A stretch of DNA of 55,942 bases, counting the filler, from Sphacelaria rigidula (lineage: Eukaryota): the NCBI GenBank assembly GCA_964200075.2. It is 5 parts of 5 records of this genome, joined end to end, with 100 filler letters (N's around TTAATTAATTAA, not from the genome) between each part and the next. Parts side by side here need not be neighbours in the genome. Positions count along the whole stretch, not along the records: positions 1 to 11,110 come from CAXNAA020005375.1; positions 11,211 to 22,319 come from CAXNAA020005376.1; 3 more parts are not named here. One strand, 5' to 3'. Every line of letters starts with the position of its first letter. Positions within the stretch are counted from its first letter, which is position 1. Both the position numbers and the translations under genes were made by a program. Below, piece after piece: positions 1 through 11,530 of this stretch. The notes beneath the pieces were generated by a model. The model had not been told where the DNA came from. It worked only from the letters and a program-made list of their open reading frames with translations, and made no database searches.

Positions 1-1027
1 ACTCACTTAAAGCGAATGATCAAAGCCACTCTCAATCGTATCATCTACTCTCAATCTCACGAAAACACTCTTATTGGTGTGCGCAATTTAGATCCTGTTG
101 TGACGAACAATATGTATTCGTGGCCGCGTGGCAGATCCTATTGTGATTAGCGATAGACCTTCGTGGCCACAATTCAGAGCCTAATGCAACCAATCCAATG
201 TATCGATAAACAACTGGGCCCCTCCATTGTCACGGCAACAATACATTCTGCCCCTTGTTCCGAATCTCTTGTCCCCTACAATGTGGCTATCGATAGACGT
301 CGATGCCGGTCGATTATGACTGACGATGGACATTAACAGTCGGGACTACTGCAGAGCAAATGTTTTACTACATAGTCCATTGTCCGGGGTATGAGCACAT
401 CTCACTTACACACAAGAGTAATTCCTGTAAGCGCTCATGTCCATAAGAGGGACAACCACAAGTAAAAACACCAATAACAAGAGTTGTAAACTTTAGTTCA
501 CACACACATTGCGGATGCCTACAAATACAAGCGTTCCAAAATTGTAGAAACGTGATGTCATATATTCACAAGTAACATCATGATGTGCCCACTGCATGTC
601 CATCTACGGCTTCTCTACTGTACCTTAGCGGAGTATAATATGCCTTATACGTGGTATGTTGCGATGTAGGTGCAGCAATAGACGACAGAGAAAACCGTTC
701 GGTAGGCATTATATACCACAGTAAATTCTGATATGTATCTATCGATATTTTTTTGCCGCCATGCAGAGAATTCATATCCAGTCTATCAACAGCTAATGCC
801 GTCGTCAATAAATTTGTTATACAATCTGTCAATAGCCATCGAGGTTTTCAATAGATTTGGCACGCGATCTATCAATAGCCATTGCCGTCATCAAAATATT
901 GGGAAAGCTATCGATCGATTCATTTGGTCAGTCGCGATAGCTTTGGTGTAGGGCCACAGCAGACTGCTGCCCAGACAAGAGTGTGGGAAACTGGTATATC
1001 GATAGACATTGCCAACGACATCATAAA

Positions 1028-1475
1028 CAACACGGGATCTTACAAATTGGGGATGGATCATATATTGGGGATGAGAAACCCGGAGGATGAAAAGCTTCGT
1101 ATCCGCACCAAATATTCGAAATATGGTTCCATTTCTTCACCTACTGATAGCTTTTGACAACTGCTACACGCCATAGAAATTTGGTTTTCGATCACCGAAA
1201 TGTTGGGATCCTAGGTGAAAAAAACGTTTTGTGGAATTCCGGGTGTCCGACCGGACGCCAAAATGGTTCTGAAATTGTTTTTCACCTAGGACCCCAACAT
1301 TTCGGTGATCGAAATCCAAGTTTCTATGACGTGTAGCAGTTGTCAAAAGGTATCAGTAGGTGGTGAAGAAATGGAATCATATTTCGAAGATTTGGTGCGG
1401 ATACGCAGACCTTATTCCTCCGGGATTCTCATCCCCAATAAGTGATTCATCCCCAATTTGTAAGATCCCGTGTTG
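1028..1475. mobile_element. Foldback / long-TIR non-autonomous element (~450 bp)
   Basis: Arm ~1028-1225 (CAACACGGGATCTTACAAATTGGGGATG...CCTAGGTGAAAAAAAC) is the reverse complement, with scattered mismatches, of arm ~1278-1475 (...CATCCCCAATTTGTAAGATCCCGTGTTG). Spacer is ~50 bp. No convincing TSD. Confidence 0.85.
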
Positions 1476-1705
1476 AATAAAAATTCGATCGATGGCCATT
1501 ACGCACGACGACATTGGCATCTACTGCAGCAGATTCTATTGCTATCGCAAGATGCCGTCCATTGTCCAGGGTGTGGAAGCCTGACACTCTCGTGTCGCGG
1601 ATCGGCCCAACACTCCCGCTCACCGTCGACGACCAAAGAGATTCCGTTGCTACTCATATCCTCGCGATTTCAACAACGACGAAAACTATTTCTGAGAAAC
1701 AAAAC

Positions 1706-1776
1706 ACATCCCCTAGGTTCGAACCCTCGACTCCGCTATAACCAGTTCATGCGATTCAACACTTGACCAAAGGAGC
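1706..1776 (-). mobile_element. tRNA-derived head (Pol III A/B boxes), probable SINE remnant
   Basis: Minus strand reads GCTCCTTTGGTCAAGTGTTG...GAGGGTTCGAACCTAGG: an A-box-like TGGTCAAGTG and a B-box GGTTCGAACC at tRNA-like spacing. No complete cloverleaf could be built. Confidence 0.45.
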
Positions 1777-2559
1777 AAGGCGGCACCACGACGTGCTTCC
1801 AGATCCCACGAAGAAAAAGATGCTCATGTAAAAGCACGGCATGGACTCTTGGTAAACTCCGTATGCTCAAACTCGGGTAACAATCACGCTCAGGCGCCCA
1901 GCTCTATAAAATATGACATACGCACTACACGTGCTGTTGTTCGAAGTACAGGTACTTTTACAAATAGTACAAGAGTGATATGTACGAATGACATCACCTG
2001 AAAACAATTGGGGGAAAACACTACTACAAGTCAAACAGTGATGTCACTGATATCGACTGGCCGATTACTCCGGTACATCTCTGTTCGGCCAGCGCTTGGC
2101 AAACTAGCACGAAAGCACAAGGCCATCGCAAGTATGATGACTGCGTCACCATGTGCGTCTCGTGGAAAGCGGCGCAGAGATATCAGGACCCCACCTCACG
2201 AGCTGATCCGCGTTTCGAACATACAAATAACATACCGACCAGCTGCCATTTAGACCGCGAACAACATACGCAAGCACACACCAACACACTCGTCCGGTGA
2301 TCCGAGCAACGAGATTAATGCATGGAATAGTGTCATCCACTATTGATCGAACGTCCGAGAAGGAGGACCACACGCCTCGAGCTTCAACTTCACGTCTGAA
2401 TCTTCCTCTGTCTCGTCCACATCTACATTGCAACACGTACCCATGCGTCCAGGTACCTCTGCCGGCGAACCACGGAGCTGCCCCGTACTCCCACCGCCAC
2501 TGCTGATTAAGCTGGGGTTACCACCTTCGCTACTCCGACCACTCAAGGGGGCAACCTGC

Positions 2560-4431
2560 TCACAACACCCCCTTCACCCCATCGTGACAGTGTGTAGAAG
2601 AAACTGCCAGCTCTACCTTCATTCGGGACCCTGCTCTTGGCCCAAACAATACCTCGCCATTAACCCTCAACGGTGTGTGTCTCCAGAACAACGGTGTTAT
2701 TACACCCTGTCTAGGACCAGGGCACACGCTACGTGAGGCATCAACACAGTCGTTTGCAGCAAACGCGGAAAGTACGGCGCGCTTGCGTTTCGTTCCTCGA
2801 ACATGAGCAGCGCATCTCCCGCTACCCTCCATCGAGCGACGTTCGGCAGTGCCTTTCCCAGTGGTGAGCTTTGCGGTGTTGGACGCTACAGCTGTGCTGT
2901 GTGCACTAGTGTGCTGTCGGCGAAACTCTGTCTCATCAGAGATGTGCTTTTTGTCGATAGCAAACTTGGAGCACCCGTCTGCACTACATTTCTTGCTCAC
3001 CACCTTCACCATTCCCGCCGTGGCATGATTGGAGCAGAACTCCGCCTTTTTGCTCCCCGCTACACCATACGATGGATACGTGGAGCAGCCCTCGTGGCCG
3101 CACCTCTTGCTCTCCACACTCCCCATTCCGGCCGTGGCATGCTTGGAGCAGAACTCCGCCTTTTTGCTCCCCGCTACACCATACGATGGATACATGGAGC
3201 AGCCCTCGTAGCCGCACCGCTTGCTCACCACATCCACCATTTTCGCCATGGCATGCTTGGAGCAGAACTCCGCCTTATTGCTCCCCGCTACACCATACGA
3301 TGGTTGAGTAGGGCAGCCCTCGTAACAGCACCTCTTGCTCACCACATTCACCATCCCCGCCGTGGCATGCTTGGAACAGAACTCTGCCTTTTTGCTCCCC
3401 GCTACACCATACGACGACAGGGTGGAGCAGCCCTCGTAGCCGCACCTCTTGCTCACCACATTCACCATTCCCGCCGTGGTATGCTTGAAGCAGAAGTGCG
3501 CATTATTGCTCCCCGCTACACCATACGACGACCGGGTGGAGCAGCCCTCGTAGCCGCACCTCTTCCTCACCACATTCACCATTCCCGCCGTGGTATGCTT
3601 GAAGAAGAAGTGCGCATTATTGCTCCCTACCACACCATACAATGGTCGAGTAGGGCAGCCCTCGTTGCCGCACCTCTTGTGAACCATATTCACCATTCCC
3701 GCCGTGGTGTGCTTGGAGCAGAACTCCGCCGTCTTGCTCCCCGCCACACCATACAGCGGCCGCGTGGAGCAGCCCTCGTAGCCACACGTCTTGTGTTTCA
3801 CATCCACCATTCCCGTCGTGGCATGCTCAGAACAGAAGTCCGCTTTATTGCTTCCCGCCACACCATACGATGGACACGTATAACAGCCCTCGTAGCCGCA
3901 CCTCTTGCTCTTCACATTCACCTTGTTCTTCACATTCACCATTCCCGCCGTGGCATGCTTGGAGCAGAACTCCGCCTTTTTGCTCCCCGCTACACCATAC
4001 GATGGATGCGTGAAGCAGCCCTCGTAGGCGCACCTCTTGCTCACCACATTCACCATTGCCGCCGTGGCATGCTTGGAGCAGAACTCTACCTTTTTGCTCC
4101 TCGCTACACCATACGATGGGTGAGTACGGCAGCCCTCGTAGCCGCATCTCTTGCTCACCACATTCACCATTGCCGCCGTGGCATGCTTGGAGCAGAACTC
4201 AGCCTTTTTGCTCCTCGCTACACCATACGACGGCCGGGTGGAGCAGCCCTCGTAGCCGCACGTCTTGCTCTTCACATCCACCATTCCCGTCGTGGTATGC
4301 TGAGAGCAGAAATACGCATTTCTGTCCCCCGCCACTCCATACGACGGCCGCCTAGAGCAGCCCTTGTTGCCGCACCTCTGTTTCATCACATGCACGATTC
4401 CCGTCCTTGGAGTAGTCCCTTTTCGTGGCAC
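2560..4431 (-). CDS. EsV-1-7 cysteine-rich repeat protein (12 full 38-aa repeats plus 1 degenerate, C-terminal KRKR putative NLS)
   Basis: Uninterrupted ORF of 114-bp tandem units, consensus KRCGYEGCxTxPSYGVAGSKKAEFCSKHATAGMVNVVS. This matches the C-X4-C-X16-C-X2-H EsV-1-7 motif of brown algae and Ectocarpus siliculosus virus-1. The track start is GTG; the first in-frame ATG is at 4386, immediately before repeat 1. Confidence 0.92.
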   Translation of the reverse strand: MPRKGTTPRTGIVHVMKQRCGNKGCSRRPSYGVAGDRNAYFCSQHTTTGMVDVKSKTCGYEGCSTRPSYGVARSKKAEFCSKHATAAMVNVVSKRCGYEGCRTHPSYGVARSKKVEFCSKHATAAMVNVVSKRCAYEGCFTHPSYGVAGSKKAEFCSKHATAGMVNVKNKVNVKSKRCGYEGCYTCPSYGVAGSNKADFCSEHATTGMVDVKHKTCGYEGCSTRPLYGVAGSKTAEFCSKHTTAGMVNMVHKRCGNEGCPTRPLYGVVGSNNAHFFFKHTTAGMVNVVRKRCGYEGCSTRSSYGVAGSNNAHFCFKHTTAGMVNVVSKRCGYEGCSTLSSYGVAGSKKAEFCSKHATAGMVNVVSKRCCYEGCPTQPSYGVAGSNKAEFCSKHAMAKMVDVVSKRCGYEGCSMYPSYGVAGSKKAEFCSKHATAGMGSVESKRCGHEGCSTYPSYGVAGSKKAEFCSNHATAGMVKVVSKKCSADGCSKFAIDKKHISDETEFRRQHTSAHSTAVASNTAKLTTGKGTAERRSMEGSGRCAAHVRGTKRKRAVLSAFAANDCVDASRSVCPGPRQGVITPLFWRHTPLRVNGEVLFGPRAGSRMKVELAVSSTHCHDGVKGVL

Positions 4432-6404
4432 TTTCTCGAATACTCACTGCTCACGATACCGCGAATACCGAAACGGCGGGATATACTTCGTGAGGGATCG
4501 AGGCAAACGCATTCAACATGTTTGCAGAGCGAATGACATTGTCATCGCTGAACATACTTCGCGGAGGAAAAGCAGCTGCCTGCACTCAACTCCGACCACA
4601 CTTCATGGAAGCCGACGCCAAATATTATAGCACTACTCGCAAGATAGTTCCGGCGAATGGTACATGCCCCGAACGGTTGCAGTTGGATACTGAAAGCGAA
4701 TGAAGCACTAGTATAATACAATGGGGAGATGATCGTTGCAGAAAATGTGAGAAGCGCAGTACCAACGTTCAAGCACGCCCAGCTCCAACGAAGAGACCTG
4801 CCATAATGTGCATGCCACAATACGAAAGCCAGCGTTCAGAGGTCACACAGCACAAGCCAGCTAGAAAGTGATGTGCGGAGTCGAGAGCAAGACAATAATC
4901 TCGACAGAGCGAGCGATCACCACGATGCATCGCACCCACAATATGCTTGGGTGTACACTGTACATTGGGGGGCGGTCAGTTGGGATGCTCAAGATCGCCA
5001 GCAAAAGCAGGTGTTGTATCATGGCTTGGGAGTTGGGACACGGCGACCACGCGATAACTCGACAGCGGACGTGTATTTGAAATCACTTCTCATCTGGGTT
5101 GCAAACTCCGTGAGAACAATGACGATATCAAATAAAAGTTTGTCAAGGAAAGGACATTCGCATCACAGCAAAAAATAATGTGTCGACAGGTTTTGATCAA
5201 ATCGGCTGTGACAAGACCGGAAATCGCCGAGCAGAAATCTGCACAGGTGATACGTGCTATTAGGATCCCATAGCGTCCTCTGCGAAAGTTTGCGCAATGA
5301 TAGACTTGTATAGCGACGGTAACGTTGAATAGGTATGGATCCCTCCAGACCATTGAAAAAAATACTGTTGTGAAGACCAGGACTGAAACAGAAAGTAGGC
5401 AGTGGGTTCAAATCACGAGCATTACCGCTACCACATGTGCCGTCATCCTTTCGATGCTCACTCGGTCTACATGATGGCATCATATGCCACGACAACGCCG
5501 AGACGCGGCACAGCTCAAGCATCCTGGCGGGAGAAAAGATCAAGCACAAGCACCCCGGCGTGCGAAAGCATCTGCGGATGCATGGTCCGGGTCAGCTGCT
5601 TGTTTGGTCTTCCTGCTGGGCGTTTTTGTTGCGAAAAATAGCAGCAGGGTCCGAAACATCGTCAAACGTGATGCAAACAGGACAGCACACGAGGTGACAG
5701 CTGCACTTCCGAGATGCATTATCGGAACACGATCGGTGCATCGGCGGTTTTTTTGTTTAAACGAGATGTAGCAGCTGCGCGCCGGCGTGGAAAATAACTA
5801 ATCACTTATCGCAACTTCATATTTTTCGAGCGATTGTACGGAATCGACATGGAATCAGATCGTACGTGAGGTGAGGGTTACAAGAGAGAGAATAGACAAA
5901 GCACCTGATGTTTACCGTCGGGAACAGTACGAAAGAGCTGCGCTTGATGTGCTGTGGCTGCCGCTGGTCTTCAAGAGTCGCTGTATTGTACCTACACATC
6001 CGTCGTCACATGCATCGTGCTTGGCAAGGTATTATGTGACGTCTGCGCTTGTATACTATTCTGATTATGGAATCAAAGAAAACGGTAAACATTCAGTGCA
6101 AGGCGGCGAATCCTGTGCCTACACGACTCACACGTGTGTACATAGTGCCATGTACACCGCCCTGAAAAGGCTTCTCTACACTGTGTAAGCTTGCGCGGGG
6201 TGGTTGAGTTCCACAGGGTTTGAGAGCGACCCTTCACAGCGTTTTGTGTGACCATAAGCCTGTGAGAGCAAATCGGAGAAAAATATCTCAAGACAAAGGA
6301 GAGGCTGTTCTGGCTCGTGAGTCAAGCTTACGAACAATGATAGTGGAGATATCCCTCTATTATTACTATTACAAAAACATGTTGGCATTACCAATATTTT
6401 ATTT

Positions 6405-6679
6405 ATTCAAATATGACCAATGCCGAGATAGCCCCCCCACGAAAAGTGCATCGGAGACCGTCCGACAAACCGGCTGCGATCCCACCGATGGGCTCGTTTG
6501 CAGAAATTCCATCCACGTGAGGGGCGTGTAGCAGTCCAGAATCAGCTATAACGCTCAAATGAGTCGTGTCGTGCAGCACAATACCAGCTCTCACGGCATT
6601 CATGATCGTCGCCTCCGTGCACTTTTTTGGCCAATTCGGGGGAGGGGGGGGGCTATCTCGGCAGCAGTCATATATGAAT
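6405..6679. mobile_element. MITE-like element with ~35-50 bp imperfect terminal inverted repeats
   Basis: Left end ATTCAAATATGACCAATGCCGAGATAGCCCCCCC versus reverse complement of right end ATTCATATATGACTGCTGCCGAGATAGCCCCCCC. An inner AAAAGTGCA/TGCACTTTT pair is also present. No TSD seen. Confidence 0.65.
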
Positions 6680-6914
6680 TGCGTAAATGTTTCCCCGTCC
6701 TATACTTTGAACGGTACAAGCGTGTCCTTATATTCCAAACTTATTTCAAGTCAAAAATGATCCTTCTCGGAGCACTTTTTACATACACTTTGACTATGGA
6801 AGGAGAAAACCGGCACTCTTGTCAATTACCCCGCACAAGCAGACCGAAAGATGACCAGTACCCAACAGTCGGGTTGTTTGTGTATCCAACGAATCTTGAA
6901 TCCCGTATTTTGAA

Positions 6915-7262
6915 GTGTTGTCGCCCCATCTATTCTGGACGCTGGTCTACACCTTTCAGTATATGTGGGCGAACCAGCCGGGGTTACACAGGGGGGGAGG
7001 CCAACATAGGAGTCTTTTTTTGTTTGTTCTAGTACTTTATTGTTCTCTTTGCGATGCTTGCCTCCATTTTTTATCGCGAAGGGGGTTCAGCAGTCCCTTT
7101 CATTCGTCGACGATCAAGTCGAATTTTGCGTATCCACTACGTAGTCGCTCTCCACCGTTCGGCATTGTTGAAGAAAAAATCCCAGACCGCTCCGAGATTC
7201 GAACCCACAACCCAATCATCAGAGGGTTTTGAGGTTACCAGCTGAGCCACCGGGGCGACCGG
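6915..7262 (-). mobile_element. tRNA-derived SINE, near full length (family A)
   Basis: Minus strand begins CCGGTCGCCCCGGTGGCTCAGCTGG (A box)...GGGTTCGAATCT (B box). The body aligns end to end with the copies at 49168-49545 and 41600-41935 and ends ...CGTCCAGAATAGATGGGGCGACAACAC. Confidence 0.85.
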
Positions 7263-9334
7263 CACTGGAGTCTACCGATACTACTCACTGCATCCATGCA
7301 CAACAATCCAGTGTGTTTACCTAAAGAGGAGAGTTCAAGCATTTCCCCACGTAAAGGATGGGTTTTATATGGCTACTGTGCAGTAGCACTACAGTATCTA
7401 CAGGGTAACGGCTTCCTTGGGGGATTGCATGATCTGTGTACGGCAAGAGCACTGAAGGAGGAGAGTGTGTACAGTAGTAGCACTACAGTACAGTATTGCG
7501 GTGGTGAATAGTTAATAGAAGTAATTGCATAGGGCAAAAAACAATAATTGCACACAAGAGTGATCCGCCCAACAAACACCTGTTTCGTTACGCCACGAAA
7601 ATTTCAAGGCAGCTGTAGACACCATAACATTAATACCACCGCAACACATAGGTAACTTGGATATATAAAATAAAACCTAAGGAGTATAGCTTTTCGTCAG
7701 GTGCTGGTAAGATATGCAAAAAGAAACACCAGTTGCGGCAGCGCACGTCGAAAACGAGTACTACGTTTTAACGGAGGAATAGGTTTTTCGAACTCATTTT
7801 TGAGCATCACACCGTAAAACCGGCTCCGATAGACAGCCCTGAATCGGACGGGTCAAAGGATCCTTTCAAAATTTGAATCAGCTTGCACAAATATTGAGAT
7901 ATGGGTATTTGAAAAGGGCACCCCGGGTGAACGAGCACCTGATTGGGGCCGAGGGTTACATGAATATCAAGGGATAACTAATTACTAAAATATATGTTTT
8001 CGTTTTCTTCTGCCCCTGCGTGACACCGTTATTATTGATACCTTTCTTTTCCAGTTATTGCTATATTCCAACCAAAATTGATAGAGCTGTGAACTGGCCG
8101 CGCCAGCGGCCAGAACATCAGTGCTGTTCCAGTTAATCTTCCAGTTGATCGGCGCAGCCGATCAACTGGAGAAAGATCGGCGGCGAGCGGCGAAGCCGCG
8201 AGACCCAACGGACCCCCGAGGCTGGTGAGGGAGCCTCGCGGGAGCGCCGCCGGAGGCCAGAAGAAGTGCGGTATATAGTGGCTTGTTTTCCCTTAAAAAA
8301 TGTGGATAGTGGTGAAAAATGTAACCCCTCACATTGAGGGGCCAAGAGGCTTAGATCATATTAAAATCCCATAATCAAAGCGGTGAGCGATTCGAAAATC
8401 ATTCATCTGTAGCATGCAGCAGCAAAGACTCTCCGTGAGGAGCGGAGGGTGGGAACAAGGGAGCCAAGGCTGGCAGCACTTGGGAATAAGAACGCAAAAA
8501 CAAATTCACAACCGGGCCGACAAATGCGCACGTATGGAATTGAACAGCAAGTCATGGTGCATTTAGTAGTTTGTGGTCACGGGTTACCGTTCGATATTAT
8601 TTCTGTTTTCGCAGGTCGTGCGATGAAACGACGATAAACCTTGGCATATATCCGCCATATCACTTCGAGCTGTAGTGAGCGTGTGCTGCATCATGTCCAG
8701 AACGCTCCTCGTGCAATTGGCGATTGGCGATTGGCGATTGGGATTTGGCCGTCCTGCATCAAGCGTGCCGTCGTATATAAGTTACCACTCCGTTTTCTTT
8801 CTTGTTGTTCCTCATTCGACGTACCAGCCGTTGCCCTACACGCTGCGGCCGAAAACACGGAAAACTGCAGAACCACGAGGTACTAGCGAAGCAGAACAGA
8901 AAAAAAAGCAGAAAACACCTGAAGTATTCAGCTAGTGAGTGACCCAGGACAAACATGTTTTCATGTGCTAGGTACCACCACAGAGCGCCAGACCTATGCT
9001 GTGCAAGTCAATCGAAACACCAAAGACGAAGTATGATGCTGGGCACTGCTGCATCACGCGTCATCGACGCAACCAATTTCCATCGACGCTTTCAAAAAGC
9101 CCTCCGTCTCCATTGATACCCCATATTCCTCTGCAACTGTAAAGTGCAGGCCTGAATTGTTCAGTCAAATTGAATATAATAGTCTGTGCATCTTTGTTGC
9201 AAAACCACCATACTAAAAACTGGTATAAAAATAGCCGGCAAAGGCAAACCTCAAATGAACTGGATAAATTGGCGCCCTTGTCGCCAGTTCTAGTTCAATC
9301 GACAGTATAAACTAGTCCAGTTTACAGCCCTAAA

Positions 9335-10740
9335 AAATGACGATTCTTACGTGGAGTATGCGTTCAATTCTTCACCTCGAGTCAACCCAAGGGTAACGTC
9401 CAAAATCATGGATACAAAGGCATAAGTCATTACAAAAATATTTTCTTCAACTTGTTTTCCGTCTTTCGACGTTTTCAACGGCGCGGTTTTTAAACCACCA
9501 TCGGTTGTAATGTTTCAATCACAACTGACGATTCTAGAGTGCATCATTCGTTTTCACCTCAACCCCGAGCTAGCCCGAACAAGGTCAAGTTCAAAATCAT
9601 GGACATCAAGGCATACCTCATCACGACTTTCTTTTCCCCCCATTTTTTTTCTCCTACGGTGTTTCCAAGCCAACGGTTGGTATATCCCAATCAAAATGTA
9701 CGATTCTACAGTTATGGGTAGGAATGGGGGCCCCACCGACCGAAAATCGGCAAAATACTTACAATGAGAAATAACGCGGAGGAATGATGAACACGTCAGT
9801 AGGTGGTCGGACCTGTGCCGAGGCCCTCACGAACTGAACGCATGCTTCATCATTCATCAAGTTGGTGTAGTATGGGAAAGCTGTAGCACTGGAGATCGCT
9901 CGGTTCTCAACACAGGAAGCAAGCCGGTCCACGGCACTTGACAGCCCCCCGCATACACACACGATCTAGGGGACATACTACTTTTCCTGCCGCAAGCAAG
10001 TTGTGACAACATGCACTTGGGTTGCGTGCCCCCAGGCGCTGCTTTGTTCTGAGCGACTGTGCACAAAGGGCAAATTAGCCTTTCAACGGCAAGTATCTTT
10101 TGAAGTGTCGGATTACAGAGGGAAAGTTGACACAAGAAAGACAAAGCTGGCGGCTGCTTCACGTCAGGGCTCCAGTGCAGAAGCCAAGGCGTCGAGGGCG
10201 ATTTTATTACGAGTATGTGCGTTACATCTGCTGGTGACCGCGGTCACTGTCTGTGTATAATATCAATAGTATCAGAATGAGATGCAAACTATGCAATATT
10301 CGACAAGCTTCATTTGGGGCTGCGTGTTTCTTTTTTTGCGGCGAGTAGTGTGTGACGGATGGCAAATTTACTGATGTGGAGCGAGCTTTCCGGGGGAACA
10401 AACTCACCTCAACACCGACCACTCCCAGGCTTGAATAAATGTACTAGAAATATAGTTCATTTCTTATGAGCCAAATTGTCATTTGTAGGTGACCCGTGTA
10501 TTTTCGATTGGTATGATTTGTTGGATTACGGACCACTTCTGACGCATGTAGCGTTCAGCTTGCACTTTCCATGAATATAGCACCTAAAATAGGCCCCCAT
10601 TTCTACCCATAACAGTGAAATATACACTAACCCCGAGCTAGCCCAAGGGCAACGTCTACAATCATGAATATTAAGGGATAACTCATAAAAAAAAATTAAA
10701 CGCTTTTTTTCTCTGCTGCGTGACACCCTTGTTGATGCGG
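9335..10740. repeat. Degenerate ~180-bp tandem repeat (3 units); third unit split by a TIR element
   Basis: Recurring blocks ACGATTCT...CCCCGAGCTAGCCC...AATCATG(G/A)A..AAGG at ~9338, ~9526 and ~9699/10617. A related end is also seen at ~7960-8035. Confidence 0.55.
9713..10611. mobile_element. Non-autonomous TIR transposon (899 bp) with ACAGT target duplication
   Basis: Ends are TATGGGTAGGAATGGGG...CCCCATTTCTACCCATA, flanked by ACAGT at 9708-9712 and 10612-10616. It is an internally deleted relative of 16831-18773. Confidence 0.9.
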
Positions 10741-11110
10741 TTTTTTCACGCTATAGGAGGTTCCCGTCGCCAGAAAATAGATATTTCGCGTCGAGCCTTC
10801 ACTAATTATATGCCATCGTGTTAGTAGCGGACACACCGTCGCTATTGTACTTTTGCTCGCCTCTCACGATATTTCCACATACAACAGTAGTTTCGTGAGA
10901 TTGAGAGTGGATGGTGCGATTGAGAGTAGGCTTTTCGAGGCTCTCTGCGGCGGGTTGTGCCTGCATTAATGGACACAACGCTCATCTCGTACAATGGTGC
11001 AATATTCTGTCGGCACAGCCAACAATGTTACCGGGAAATCGAGCGTCGAAAGTACGATCAGGAAATGAGTAAGTTTTATTCACAACAGGTCTCGCGGCGC
11101 CTGTTCCGAT

Positions 11111-11210
11111 NNNNNNNNNNNNNNNNNNNNNNNNNNNNNNNNNNNNNNNNNNNNTTAATTAATTAANNNNNNNNNNNNNNNNNNNNNNNNNNNNNNNNNN
11201 NNNNNNNNNN
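11111..11210. other. Artificial contig spacer (N44-TTAATTAATTAA-N44)
   Basis: 100-bp linker with six-frame stop codons, identical at four positions. Confidence 0.99.
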
Positions 11211-11530
11211 CCGCGATGTTTACATATTGTTGTTAGTGTACACAGGCGGCAGAGGCAACAGACATCATGGCTGCTGCTATTAGTCCGTGAAGTGCAGTAC
11301 ACAGACAATGGTCAAAACCGCTCTTCACACGTGCGTTCCTGCGCTTGATCCGTCCGATGTACGCTCAGGCGACTTTCATATGTGACCTCGCCCACTACAA
11401 TTCGAGAGGTGACGGGTACTTGCTGTTGTAACGCGAAGTTGCTTTGCACAGCAACACAGAGTAGCTTGTTTTCGATGTACACAGGCAGTAGTGACAGCAC
11501 ATTTTCTTCGATTGTCGTTGGTGTACAGAC

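Noticed and set aside
1154-1346. Two near-identical 60-aa ORFs on opposite strands
   Set aside because: They are a by-product of the foldback inverted repeat.
2560-4431. EsV-1-7 gene as evidence of an integrated phaeovirus
   Set aside because: No NCLDV core genes or gene-dense viral context are present. The flanks are host-type SINEs and MITEs, and the family is known to be expanded in brown-algal nuclear genomes.
2803-4536. 577-aa plus-strand ORF with His-rich repeats
   Set aside because: It is the antisense shadow of the 114-bp EsV-1-7 repeat array; the minus frame carries the recognised Cys/His motif.
7185-7262. tRNA genes here and at ~1706, ~19060 and ~49168
   Set aside because: A/B boxes are present but no complete cloverleaf could be built. 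Three of the four continue into a shared ~300-bp SINE body.
11155-11166. TTAATTAATTAA recurring every ~11.2 kb as a biological motif
   Set aside because: It is always centred in N44 padding and is an assembly linker.
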